Shown: positions 21,627 through 31,974 of the stretch, piece by piece
Numbering within the stretch: position 1 is the first letter of the stretch
How the letters are laid out: the number at the start of each line of letters is the position of its first letter
Source of the DNA: Synechococcus sp.
GTDB taxonomy: Bacteria > Cyanobacteriota > Cyanobacteriia > PCC-6307 > Cyanobiaceae
Reading direction: 5' to 3'
NCBI GenBank assembly: GCA_047285535.1
Contig: JBJBDC010000001.1
Location: 960,136-1,024,135 of the forward strand
DNA: 64,000 bases
Translations under genes and position numbers: made by a program
The notes under the pieces: model-generated
Databases searched by the model: none
Told to the model about the DNA's origin: nothing
Seen by the model: only the letters and a program-made list of their open reading frames with translations

Positions 21627-22485
21627 GGGATCAATTCATTTGGCTGTAAACAGATGCCATTGCTGACGTTCAAAAGCTAATGGTTGACTCTTAGCGTGTC
21701 TTTTGAAAATTGTGAGATCGCGTAGGACTCTTCAGGCTAAACGGGGGAGACACCTGGAACACCGAACCATGCATGTCTCAGCCGGAATGTGAATAGGCAA
21801 GAAAGATTTACACTGGAAGCCAAGAAAGACTGGCTTAAACAACAATTCATTCTGTATCATTTTTACGATCTATACGAGTCTAAACAAATATGAATGCGAG
21901 CTCAGTGAACAGGACTTCAACATAAAATCCAAATCAATCTTTCCCGGTTCTTTGAACTTGGGAGCTCAGCAATCCAAAGCCAAAAGCGAGCCAGCTAAGT
22001 ACACTCTCATTATTCCTTTCACAATCGTGATTGTGAAAACAGAATGAGGATAAGTAGCAAGATCATGAAGGGATTCATTGAATTCCACACGTGGAGCATG
22101 CATGCCAAACACTCATCATTCATTGCGAGCTTGAAGCCAGCTCAGGACCTGCAACGAGGTAGCTAAGAAAAATATCTCAAGACAGCAAATACAAGATAAA
22201 ATAGATTGTTGACGGCGATTGCAACGAACTGAGGCCATCAACGAGGCCAAGCACACTGAGAGTCAAGAAAAAGCGCAGAGCATTCAATTTTCGAAAGGAA
22301 AATCATTGAGCCCATAACCACCGTCAATAAGACAACAATCCGATCAGTCCAACCCTAAAAAAACTGACGCAAGATGCACATATTACAAGCTCAACGATCA
22401 ACAGAAAAAGAAATATCTACACACACAAATACCACCCAATATGATTAAACTAAGCGACTTTTAGATGGCCAACTTCATCATGTAT

Positions 22486-22911
22486 CTAGACCTTCTGACG
22501 GCGGTATTCCCTATACTCTTTACCAGGTTTCAACAAAAGGAATAAAGCCCAAAACATTTGAGGAACTACCACCAAGATCAGGAAGGGCGTATGCTGTGGA
22601 GAGCCTGAAGCAGGGTAAGGGAGAAGGGATAACAACTCGAACACAACCAGCCACCAAAGATTTATTCCAATATCATTCATTCTTCTAATATCAATGGGGA
22701 TGAAAAGAACGAGCGCAGCAGCAGTAAACAAGCCACCTTGATCTTCAAACCAGGCAAGAGAATCAAGCTCTAGGCCCATCAAAGCACTAAAAATTATATT
22801 GACTGCCCCCACAGCAATGAGAATCAGTATCCTCTGTATAATTTTTCTCAAATAAGCATGCCTTCCTAGCTCGCCACGCCAGTCAAAGAATTGCGGAAGC
22901 CTATTCATCAA
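22486..22911 (-). CDS. DUF805-like membrane protein
   Basis: F.WRG.LGR..Y, IRRMNDIG...W, LLLKPG. Confidence 0.7.
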   Translation of the reverse strand: MMNRLPQFFDWRGELGRHAYLRKIIQRILILIAVGAVNIIFSALMGLELDSLAWFEDQGGLFTAAALVLFIPIDIRRMNDIGINLWWLVVFELLSLLPYPASGSPQHTPFLILVVVPQMFWALFLLLKPGKEYREYRRQKV

Positions 22912-23437
22912 TCATTTTGGGTTGTCCTATAGCTTGACAAGGAAACTCAGTACTGACAACGCAAGAGCTTCAAAAACTTATTATCCAAAGCATTAATCCT
23001 GACTGAGATTCAACACTTAAGTTTCAGAAGCGCCTCATTTAAAGCCTCTTAATAGGCACTAAAAATCCTAAAACTGTCACAAACTTCTTTCCAAAGTTGC
23101 ATCAGAACTTGAGAATTATTTGTCCAATCATTGCGGTCATCCCCAATCCAGACAGGGTGAGTAATCCTGATACCATGCACCTGCACATTGATTGGCCAGA
23201 TGGCTATCGATTATCTTTAAACTTGTCTAGGTCTAACCAGACTAAACAACACCATCCCCCAGACAATCACCCATTCACCGATAACAATCACCACAAGAAT
23301 TCTTGCATTGCCTGAGTCACCACTTAGATCAATATGAATTCAAGTGAAGCACTTGAAATAATCACGACTAATCGGCCATTTATTTACTTTTTGCAGTAGA
23401 TTCAAAGAAGACATCTATCGGGACGAGGAGGTATGGA

Positions 23438-23851
23438 TTGTTAAAACCAATGTCTCTTGTTCAGATCGGTTGTTTTACAGGATTAATGGTGACAACTCCT
23501 ACTCCTAATGAAGCCGTTCACCTTGAAGGATTATTTCATATGGAGTGCCTCTCCTCTCCTAGATCAGGACCTGAATGGATTTTAATTCTAGATGATAATA
23601 CAAACCAAGTTTCACAACTATCAGTAAAATCAGGTAAAATCATCATATCTGATGCTCACTTTAATTTCAGAAGGGTCAAATGGATTATTGAGGAATCATG
23701 GCCAAAAATCCCTGAAAAAGTGAGGACAAAGTCAATCCTGAATCTCAATACACAAGTATTAACGAAGAGATCAATCAAAGGTTCGACGGCAACAGTCTAT
23801 TGGACAGGCGAATGTGCATTTATTGAAGCCCCAACATCCCAGAGTCCATGA
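23438..23851 (+). CDS. hypothetical protein
   Basis: 137-aa ORF in the AT-richer island with GAGGAGG upstream; no family recognised. Confidence 0.5.
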   Translation: MLKPMSLVQIGCFTGLMVTTPTPNEAVHLEGLFHMECLSSPRSGPEWILILDDNTNQVSQLSVKSGKIIISDAHFNFRRVKWIIEESWPKIPEKVRTKSILNLNTQVLTKRSIKGSTATVYWTGECAFIEAPTSQSP

Positions 23852-24828
23852 GACAAAAGATCTGACTTGAAGATCTAGTAGATCTTCAATATTGAAACTA
23901 GATATCAATAGATGAACACAACAGATGAATACTCGCAGGGCATGCGTTGCGAAGATGGTTGACCTTAATCAAGACTGCTATTTCAAGACATGTCTGTCTC
24001 ATCATTAATTACTCGTTTAACCTAACATCTTCCTGTGTTGCAGTCACACGCCTGATTCAATCTAATGTGACATACCATTATCATACAAGCTCACAGTTCA
24101 TCAGTTCAGAGCTGAACTGGATTGTCGACAGAACAAAAATCGGAGTCTATGAATTAGCTAGCTCTATCTAAGCCATTCAATTGAAGTCCATTTGATGATG
24201 TCCTCAATCACCGAGAATGAATCTTTGCTTATTAGCCATCACGAATCCAAATCAAAGTCAAACAGACCAATACAATGCATCCGGCCAACTTGATTCAAAG
24301 ACCAAGATTTTGCCCAGGTTTTCATAATTAAAAAGGTGAAAAATTGGAGATGCAAGACAGCCGAGAGCAAGCCTACGAAGTGATGATACTTTCAGAATAC
24401 CAAGGTTCTCCTATGGAGTCTTTTGCTGATTAATTCAACCCTTGTCAAGGGAAAGAACAAGACAACAGAAATCAATCTCCTTAAAATAAGCCCTAATAAA
24501 ATCTTATTACCCCGAAAAATACAAGTCTCAAACAAAAAATAATTTCGACTTCTCCTTACATCCCACGATAGTGACCATCTCTCCTCTATAGACTTGAATT
24601 GCTGATTGAACATCACTTGTACGACATGAATCCTAAACAAACTATTTCAGTCATCAACAGCAAATTAATCCAGTCGAGCAGTCGAGAAAACAAGTCATGA
24701 TGCTGTACAACTTACCACTTCCACGCGTTCAATCTCAAGCTTTTGCTATTAAAGACTCTCCCCATTCAACGCATGAATACTTGGTTTCACACCCCGCCAA
24801 GTGTCAGTGAGCTGGAGATAAGACTCAT

Positions 24829-24867
24829 TGCATCTATTTATCTGGCGAAACAAGACAAATAGATGCA
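24829..24867. terminator. hairpin downstream of the 24891-25382 gene
   Basis: TGCATCTATTT ... AAATAGATGCA 11-bp arms. Confidence 0.5.
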
Positions 24868-24890
24868 TAGCCCGGGGAAAGCCAATGCAT

Positions 24891-25382
24891 TCAATAGCGG
24901 AAGCGTTTGACGATTACCCACTCTCCTCTCAGTCCTTCTTCATTCTTCCAAACCCCTTTGCTTACTGCTTGATTCTCATAACCTAAAACCTGCATTATAT
25001 TCAGAGCATGCTTGCACTCACGAGCAGCTACACTTATTTTTTTTGTTGGGTTTGAAGCAAAATAGCGTTTTCTTTTTTCAAACCATTCCTCCCAGTCTTG
25101 TGTTTCAATAGAGGGCTCAGGATCTGTTTTATTAAAACCCCAAAACTTTTCTTTCCAGGTCATCTCCTGCTCATAGTTGATTTCCTTGCCTTTACTTTGC
25201 CATTCATTACATTTTTCAAGTGCTTCAGCCTTTGACGAATACTTAGCCCAACAACCTGAAAGAGCCATGAGTAAGACAACACAGAGGAGAGGTTGGATCG
25301 TCTTCACAGATTGTAAGTTTCTTTGCATGGACCCATTATTCAGCATTGAGTCCTTTTTCTCAATCATACACAACAATAGCAA
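24891..25382 (-). CDS. hypothetical lipoprotein
   Basis: Hydrophobic stretch ending in lipobox LSGC; true start probably downstream of the ORF start. Confidence 0.6.
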   Translation of the reverse strand: MLLLCMIEKKDSMLNNGSMQRNLQSVKTIQPLLCVVLLMALSGCWAKYSSKAEALEKCNEWQSKGKEINYEQEMTWKEKFWGFNKTDPEPSIETQDWEEWFEKRKRYFASNPTKKISVAARECKHALNIMQVLGYENQAVSKGVWKNEEGLRGEWVIVKRFRY

Positions 25383-26389
25383 TCAAATTGAAGCTGCTAG
25401 CTAGCCAGTGACGCCTCTATGGCGTGGCAAGGAGTTTCAAAGGACTTGCAGGAGTCAATCAACCTAAACCATCTCATTACTCCTTGAGCTCTAATTGGAT
25501 GATCTTCAAAAGTTATGACTTACATTGATGCTATGGCCGCAATAGCAGTGGCATTTTTCTTCTCTTTAGTTTTCAGTGCCCCTCGTCGAGACATTCCTTT
25601 CATGGGATGTTTTGAGTTCTTAATATGGCATATGATCCAGCCAATAATCTTAGCAAGAATTCAAACCTGACGAAAAGGCAAAAAGATCTTTCAGTGGTAC
25701 TGGTTTGGATCGTGATACTTTCAATCTTGAGCAGCATCCTTGCCAATATCAACCACCCAAAGCACTATCCAGCGAACCATGAAAGATAGCCATAGGCGCC
25801 CCGAAAACAGCCTCTCAAGCTGCATTAGAGTGAGCACGGAGACGCTTAAAATCCATATTCATCCATGTCTTTTGCAAGACATCGCGTTAGTCGCAAGCCG
25901 CCAAAACTTGAATCATCTGATTCTATATAGATGCCAGCAGGTTTATATTCAAACTCCACGGATGCCAGGGATCAACAACTACTCACATGAATCTGTTCTG
26001 ACTAAAAATCGGATTCAGTGTTGTGAATGCACAAAAACCAAAAGAGAGAGGAAGCCAGAAAGGCTGCGATAACAGCTGTTCATCGCAAAGTCTTTTCTTG
26101 CCATACACGTGCTGGAATCCGTTAAACAGGTTGAAAATTCCGCAGGAGCTGTTCCAGGCTCTCAACGGTGTGATGTCTCCTCAAAGGATTGGAAGCAACG
26201 TTGGCAAAGCTTTTCATGTCGGTCTATGCATCTCTCATGCCTGGCCCTGGATTCTCAACGGAAATCAACGACTAATAAACTGAGTCTTAGCGACCAGACC
26301 ATTGCGCAAGTGATTGATTGAGTCTTGGCCCTGAAAGATTGCAGTGAATAACTTTGTGTTGAAGCAAGACTTCCCCAAAATTCATCCAT

Positions 26390-27505
26390 TCAAATGTCTG
26401 GAGAGAAGTGCGTAGGCATGCTGAGAACAAGCTCGTCACGATGAACAACAACAGGGGAGTTTCCTTCGCTCTCAGGCTGGTCTGGGCGATTCAAGAGGCT
26501 TCGAAGGGTCTCACTACTGAAGGAGCTCAGACCTCTAGCCACTTCCTGTTCCTCGGAATCAAGAATCAGGACAGGTTGATTGGCCTGGAACTCTCCTTTC
26601 AACTCAATGATTCCGACGAGGAGCAAGGAGGCTCCTTTGTTGCAAAGCGCTTTGCACGCCCCGGCATCAATCTGCAAACTCCCCTGAGTTTGAAACGCAT
26701 GAGCCAGCAAGCTTTTTCGAAGCCCGAGTGGATGGGGATGAGGATGAAAGACCGTTCCGCCACGTCCACCAGCCAACAGGTTTTCGATCGTGCCTTGATC
26801 ACGACCATCAGCCAAATGAACGGTGACACCGCTTGCAGTGGCGATACGAGCGGCTGCGAGTTTGGTTGTCATCCCACCGGTACCCCAACGGCCACCATCG
26901 CCTGCTGCCCGCTCTAAGGCCTGCAGTTCTCCTGGGTGATAGACATCTGAAATGGGTCGTGCCGAAGCATCACTGCGCGGATCAGCTGAATACAAGTGAT
27001 CAATATCGGTCAAAAGGATCAAATCATCAGCATCAATCGCTGCTGCCACTAATGCTGACAGTGTGTCGTTATCACCAAAACGCAACTCCGCAGAGGACAC
27101 TGTGTCATTTTCATTGACAACAGGTAAAACATTCCATTCAATCAATTGATGGAGAGTTGCCGAAGCATTGTGATAGCTACGACGGTCGGCCAAGTCAGAT
27201 CTTGTCAGGAGCACCTGGGCAACGGGGATGTCATGCACAGCCATCGCCTTTTCATACAGACCCATCAAGTGACCTTGACCGATCGCCGCTGCAGCTTGAA
27301 GAGCTTTCACCGATGAAGGTCTGCAATCTAAACCCAGTCGCTGGCATCCAAGTCCAACAGCCCCACTGGTCACTAAGACAAGACGATCACCCCGATGCAG
27401 ACACTTTGCGAGATTGAGGCTTAGGACTGAGATGGCATCAGCTGTGCTGCGACCTTCCGCAGCACGAAGCAAGCTGGTGCCAATCTTCACCACCCGTAGG
27501 CTCAT
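26390..27505 (-). CDS. proB: glutamate 5-kinase
   Basis: VVKIGTS, SGAV, NENDTV, FGDNDTL, GTGGMTTKL, PUA domain. Confidence 0.96.
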   Translation of the reverse strand: MSLRVVKIGTSLLRAAEGRSTADAISVLSLNLAKCLHRGDRLVLVTSGAVGLGCQRLGLDCRPSSVKALQAAAAIGQGHLMGLYEKAMAVHDIPVAQVLLTRSDLADRRSYHNASATLHQLIEWNVLPVVNENDTVSSAELRFGDNDTLSALVAAAIDADDLILLTDIDHLYSADPRSDASARPISDVYHPGELQALERAAGDGGRWGTGGMTTKLAAARIATASGVTVHLADGRDQGTIENLLAGGRGGTVFHPHPHPLGLRKSLLAHAFQTQGSLQIDAGACKALCNKGASLLLVGIIELKGEFQANQPVLILDSEEQEVARGLSSFSSETLRSLLNRPDQPESEGNSPVVVHRDELVLSMPTHFSPDI

Positions 27506-28014
27506 GCGTGACCTACTCCCAGCCATCGGGCCACTTGTCTCTCAAAGGATTGAACGCGATCGTGAGGGCAAGGGCTTCCATCTGCACGCAGAGGTCTGAC
27601 CAAAACGGTATACAGACCAAGTCGGTTTCCAACCAGAACATCCGTGAACAAACGGTCGCCGATCATCGCGATTTGTTGCGGTTGTACATCAAATGTCTCC
27701 ATCACACGACGGATGGCACCTCGACGGGGTTTTGCAGCAGAGCTCGTGAATCCGATCCCCAGTTGATCAGAAACGGCCCCAATCCGCTGGCGTGATGGAT
27801 TGTTGCTGATCAAATGGAGATGGGTGTGGCGCTGAGCTGATTGAACCCATTGACGCACCGCAGCAGGTAACTCAACATCGCGCCCTGGAAGAAGGGTGCG
27901 ATCAACATCCAGAAGCAATGCCCTGATGCCCCTACCCAGTAAGGGTTCCAGAGGAAGGTGGGGCAGGGTTAAACCTGGATCCCAATCTGGTCGAAGCCAG
28001 TCACGACGCATCAC
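27502..28014 (-). CDS. YqeG family HAD IIIA phosphatase
   Basis: LDVDRTL, SNN, AAKP, IGDRLFTDV. Confidence 0.9.
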   Translation of the reverse strand: MMRRDWLRPDWDPGLTLPHLPLEPLLGRGIRALLLDVDRTLLPGRDVELPAAVRQWVQSAQRHTHLHLISNNPSRQRIGAVSDQLGIGFTSSAAKPRRGAIRRVMETFDVQPQQIAMIGDRLFTDVLVGNRLGLYTVLVRPLRADGSPCPHDRVQSFERQVARWLGVGHA

Positions 28015-28556
28015 TCGAACAGCTCACGCTCATCCAGCTCAGCTTCGATTCTGGGTTGTATTTGATCGAATTCCTGTCCTTCCACCAAGACTGCAACGCC
28101 ATCATCCATTCGAGCCACTACAAAGAAAGGATCAAGAGGAATGTAAAGCCCGTATTCCTGTTCTTGAACCAAAAAGCTCACTAGCAATTCATAGGTTTCG
28201 GACTCATCGTCTCCTGCATCTTCGTCATCAAGATCTTCAGGGTCAGGCTCATCAAGCTCTCCATTCACCGTGAGGGTCACAGCAGATCGAACAAGAGTGA
28301 GATCATGTTCCTGGAGAACAACGTCAGCGACCGAAAGGATCGGTTCATTACTGGTGATGCTGTCAATCAGCTGAGGCTCATCCCCGTCCTTCAACCGGAA
28401 CAAGCAGACGGGAGTATCAACTGGAGTTAACAACGCATAATCCTGACCGTCGAGCGGAATCAGCTGCTCAAGGAAACACAGAAGATCACGGCCTTCACTG
28501 TCTTTGACCAACAGGGTTGGTACGTCACCGCTGTTATTCGGTCCGCTGGAACTCAT
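28011..28556 (-). CDS. DUF3727-like acidic cyanobacterial protein
   Basis: GRDLLCFLE, YALLTPVD, YGLYIPLDP; usual position next to ruvX. Confidence 0.75.
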   Translation of the reverse strand: MSSSGPNNSGDVPTLLVKDSEGRDLLCFLEQLIPLDGQDYALLTPVDTPVCLFRLKDGDEPQLIDSITSNEPILSVADVVLQEHDLTLVRSAVTLTVNGELDEPDPEDLDDEDAGDDESETYELLVSFLVQEQEYGLYIPLDPFFVVARMDDGVAVLVEGQEFDQIQPRIEAELDERELFE

Positions 28557-28575
28557 CGTTCAGGAATCAGTCTCT

Positions 28576-29058
28576 TCAGGATCCTGCATCGCCGTCCGTC
28601 TCGCTAGGAGACTGGGTCGTGATATAGACCGGTTCGGGCTCTGGTCCATCAGCAAGCCATTGCTCAAGCAGTAGTGCTGCAGCAGCGCTGTCGAGCTTGC
28701 CGCTGCGATCCCCTGCCAACCCATGACGTTCTGCCGCGGCCCAACTGCTGCTGTGTTCATTCACGAAAGCCAATGGGAGGTTTAAAGCCAACGCCAATCG
28801 CTGGCCATAGCGCTGACAATGGACAGCTTGCTCGGTAAGTAGGCCATCTGCATCAAGGGGTAATCCCACCACTAGACCCTTTGCACGGCGAATCAAGCAG
28901 ACGTGTTCCAAATGCTTCAGATCCTGTTCAAAAGCACTTCGTGGAAGAGCAGGCAAGGGATTCACGGTGATACCTAGGCCATCACAACCCGCCAACCCGA
29001 TGCGCCTACGGCCCACATCAAGGCTCAACATCGAACGAGGACATGGTTTCTGCATCAT
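28576..29058 (-). CDS. ruvX: Holliday junction resolvase-like RuvX/YqgF
   Basis: LDVGRRRIGLA, VVGLP, NEHSSS, LDSAAAALLL. Confidence 0.9.
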   Translation of the reverse strand: MMQKPCPRSMLSLDVGRRRIGLAGCDGLGITVNPLPALPRSAFEQDLKHLEHVCLIRRAKGLVVGLPLDADGLLTEQAVHCQRYGQRLALALNLPLAFVNEHSSSWAAAERHGLAGDRSGKLDSAAAALLLEQWLADGPEPEPVYITTQSPSETDGDAGS

Positions 29059-29074
29059 TGCTTTGCTTTCAGCA

Positions 29075-30139
29075 TCATTGCTCTCGACCCAGTGATGGCG
29101 TGGGCAAGGATGGCTGCTGCGGTTGAAGACGACCCAGCATCGATTCCAGTGGGCGAATACCGCTGAGTTCTCGGGTGCCCACTTTGCGCCAGAGGCTTCG
29201 GCCCAAGAGTAGTTGCGTCTGAAAGGATTGGAATCCACAACCCTTAACGATGTCCTGGAGACGTTCGTCATCGTCGTCAACCAACAATTCAGGTGCTGGT
29301 TTCAGGCGTGCCAAGCGATTCAAGACAGGAGGTAAGGCATGGCTTAAACGTTCATCCCAAGCCAACCCACGGAACAGTTCCAGCCTTGGCCGAGCAAAGC
29401 CTGAAGGTCTTGAGATCAGACCTGCAAGGTCCTGACGTTGATCATCTCCACTCCATTCGAGAAGTCCGCAGCCACTTGAGCTTTGATCAACAAGGTCTTG
29501 CCACTGGCGATCAAGAAGTTGGCGATGATGCGTTGAACAACAGGCTTGCTCAAGGGCAAGCACTTGTCTTGCTGTGCTGTGGTCCAAAGCTCTCCACCGA
29601 TATTCACTCGAAAGAGCTGGCATCTGAATCCTTGGAGAACAGGCCCCTTCAATTCTCCAAACCCTTAAACGCCGCAGTGGTTGAAACCCAAGTTCTCGAG
29701 ACAGATCAAGCAGGTCCTGATCATGGCTATCGCATCGGATCAACCAACTTTTCGAGCAAGCCACGCCATCGTTCAGTGCTTTCTGGAGCAACTGCCGAAT
29801 CACCGCAATTCTGGTGGTGCAATTTGGGGATTGACGTTCTTCGAGTTCGAGTTGCCAGCAGCTACCTCGACGGTTTAAAGACCGTAAAACGAGTAGGGAC
29901 AGTAATCGATCAGCTCTGATTTCGTTTGGCTCAAGGGCCACAAGCACTTTGAGCTTCCGAAGAAGCAAGGTCTGAAGAATCAAAGCCTGCGGTTGATCAG
30001 CCCATTGGTTGGATGAATCAATCGGTGCAGAGGTGAACAGCAATCGCAAATGGGCTGCGTTGAGAGATTCCACTCGAGGAAAGCTGCCGGATGCCTGATC
30101 CACATCACGTCCGCTGTACAACATCAATGTATCGCTCAC
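29075..30139 (-). CDS. conserved hypothetical protein (possible degenerate GNAT folds)
   Basis: 354-aa ORF in the operon; two 'xGFQ' motifs typical of GNAT C-termini. Confidence 0.65.
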   Translation of the reverse strand: MSDTLMLYSGRDVDQASGSFPRVESLNAAHLRLLFTSAPIDSSNQWADQPQALILQTLLLRKLKVLVALEPNEIRADRLLSLLVLRSLNRRGSCWQLELEERQSPNCTTRIAVIRQLLQKALNDGVACSKSWLIRCDSHDQDLLDLSRELGFQPLRRLRVWRIEGACSPRIQMPALSSEYRWRALDHSTARQVLALEQACCSTHHRQLLDRQWQDLVDQSSSGCGLLEWSGDDQRQDLAGLISRPSGFARPRLELFRGLAWDERLSHALPPVLNRLARLKPAPELLVDDDDERLQDIVKGCGFQSFQTQLLLGRSLWRKVGTRELSGIRPLESMLGRLQPQQPSLPTPSLGREQ

Positions 30140-30156
30140 ATGGCGTAACCGAGGAT

Positions 30157-31323
30157 TCAGTCGGGTCGAACCAATACAAGAGGTGTCCGTTCATTGGCAT
30201 TGCCAGCAGGATTGGGCTTGAGAGCACGGTGCAGCAACGCTTCATCGCAACCATGACTTGAGGCCAACACTTTGACCCGACCAAGATCATTTACATCAAC
30301 GATGGCAACAGAAACACCCAGCGTCTTAGCGGCGGAATTGCAAACCTCAGATGGAGACTCTGGGCCTAGGACAATGGTCTGGTCATAGGGCGGTGTGGTG
30401 CCAGTTATATCGTCAATGAGCCGTGCTTGCTCACCTGCAAGCCGATAGAACCAGCCTTTTTGACCAACCAGCTTGAAAGCAAAACCCACACTCCAGGCCA
30501 AAAGAACTCGGGTTGGACCAACCTGATCAATCAGCGTTTGAATGCCGCAGGCTGTCGCGAGACTGCTTGTGGGATGGAAGACACGACAAAGCAAGCGTGC
30601 GATCCAACTGGGCTGAACAGTGGAGGGGTGAGCATAACGGCCTTGAATCACGGCAACAGGGGTCTCTCCAATGGTCAGCACATCCCCCGGCTGAAGAAGA
30701 CCCGCTGCGTAATGCCTCAGCACATCAACCGTGTCATCCAGTGGACCGAGAAGGTGCGTTTTGATAGGCAAAACTGAGCATCTATCGCCAGGACGGAAAG
30801 AGACGTCCGCAACCTGCAGTTGTTTGAGTTGATGCGTGGGAACGACCATACCTTGGCGCCGATGCAGACGTCCGAAGGGGCCGTAATTCACCCAGTGGAT
30901 GTCAACCCAAACGCTATCCACTCGCCGAATGATGTCAGCCTCTTGGGCCGCACTCAATGTGAGTTGCACATTCACTCGTGTGCTCTTACGACCTTTAACG
31001 ATGTAAGCGGCCCAATAGCCATCAGGACGTGAGTTCTCATCAGGATGATGAGGTGTGATTTTGGTTTGGACGTTGATAGAGCCGAGGTCGTTATTCCCCA
31101 GCAATGTCGATACGACCCGAAGCTCTGGCACCATGATCTCCATACGGTGATGAGGGTTGGTGATCGTCAACCACCCCTCAAGAACAAGGCCATTGGGCTT
31201 GTTCTCTACATGCCAATCGTGAGCGCGAAGTTGCAGCGGAGAGGACGGTCTGAGCCTGTGACGTGCCTCAATCCAAAGCACACCGATGCCGAGCACGAGC
31301 AAGATCAGCAACAAGGTGCACAT
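30157..31323 (-). CDS. F420-0:gamma-glutamyl ligase-like family protein
   Basis: PIKTHLL, GET.VAVIQGR, IDDITGTTPPY, AIVDVNDLG, NPAGNANERTP. Confidence 0.75.
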   Translation of the reverse strand: MCTLLLILLVLGIGVLWIEARHRLRPSSPLQLRAHDWHVENKPNGLVLEGWLTITNPHHRMEIMVPELRVVSTLLGNNDLGSINVQTKITPHHPDENSRPDGYWAAYIVKGRKSTRVNVQLTLSAAQEADIIRRVDSVWVDIHWVNYGPFGRLHRRQGMVVPTHQLKQLQVADVSFRPGDRCSVLPIKTHLLGPLDDTVDVLRHYAAGLLQPGDVLTIGETPVAVIQGRYAHPSTVQPSWIARLLCRVFHPTSSLATACGIQTLIDQVGPTRVLLAWSVGFAFKLVGQKGWFYRLAGEQARLIDDITGTTPPYDQTIVLGPESPSEVCNSAAKTLGVSVAIVDVNDLGRVKVLASSHGCDEALLHRALKPNPAGNANERTPLVLVRPD

Positions 31324-31383
31324 AGGAAGACGGTCTGCAGACCAGAGACAAGCAAGCAGCGTAATAGGGTTCCGGTGGATTGC

Positions 31384-31956
31384 TCAGCGCGAGAGCACTT
31401 CAGTATTGAGCTCGTTGAAACTCACCGTGGTACTGCCCTGATCAGGTGCCTGAATTCCAGTAGCTGCACTGATAGCGGCGTTAATGGTGCCGAGAGGCAC
31501 TTGTCCATCCTCATCCAGGACAATATGTCCGTTGCTATCAATCACCACCACCTGTGGAATAGTCCCATGCCAATACGCAGCTGGTTCCTCCGGGTCTTGG
31601 GTGTCGTCCCCTTGAAAAGCATCTGTGGTGAAAGGCAATAAATCCACTTCACGTCCCCACAACCGCTGCAGCTCAGATACCACTGGAGAAAAGATCTTGC
31701 TGGTGCTGCTGTCATCCAGGTAGTAGACAATGACGCTGGTTCGTCCACTGGCCAGAGAGTCTTTCAAAGTCGTTGCTGGTGGAACCAGTGATCCATTGCC
31801 AGCGTACAAAGCAAAAATGTTGCCGTCATAACTATCTGTATCCCTGGCAGCTCCGGCTGGGGTGGCTGTCAGCAGAAAACACAATCCAAAAACGCACAAC
31901 GAACGCAGGAACAGGGGGAGGGTGCTGAACAGGTACATGGTGGAACGGTGTAACAC
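31384..31956 (-). CDS. thioredoxin-like thylakoid protein (photosystem I accumulation factor family)
   Basis: DSYDGNIFALYAGNGSLVPP followed by a Trx-like fold lacking CxxC. Confidence 0.75.
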   Translation of the reverse strand: MLHRSTMYLFSTLPLFLRSLCVFGLCFLLTATPAGAARDTDSYDGNIFALYAGNGSLVPPATTLKDSLASGRTSVIVYYLDDSSTSKIFSPVVSELQRLWGREVDLLPFTTDAFQGDDTQDPEEPAAYWHGTIPQVVVIDSNGHIVLDEDGQVPLGTINAAISAATGIQAPDQGSTTVSFNELNTEVLSR

Positions 31957-31974
31957 GATTCTGACCTCTGGGAC

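Noticed and set aside
26027..26275. Broken frames containing LKGLEATLAKLF, faintly like the Cas1 'L.G.EG..A..Y' helix
   Set aside because: Needs several frameshifts, the match is very short, and there is no array or other cas gene; unsupported without a profile search
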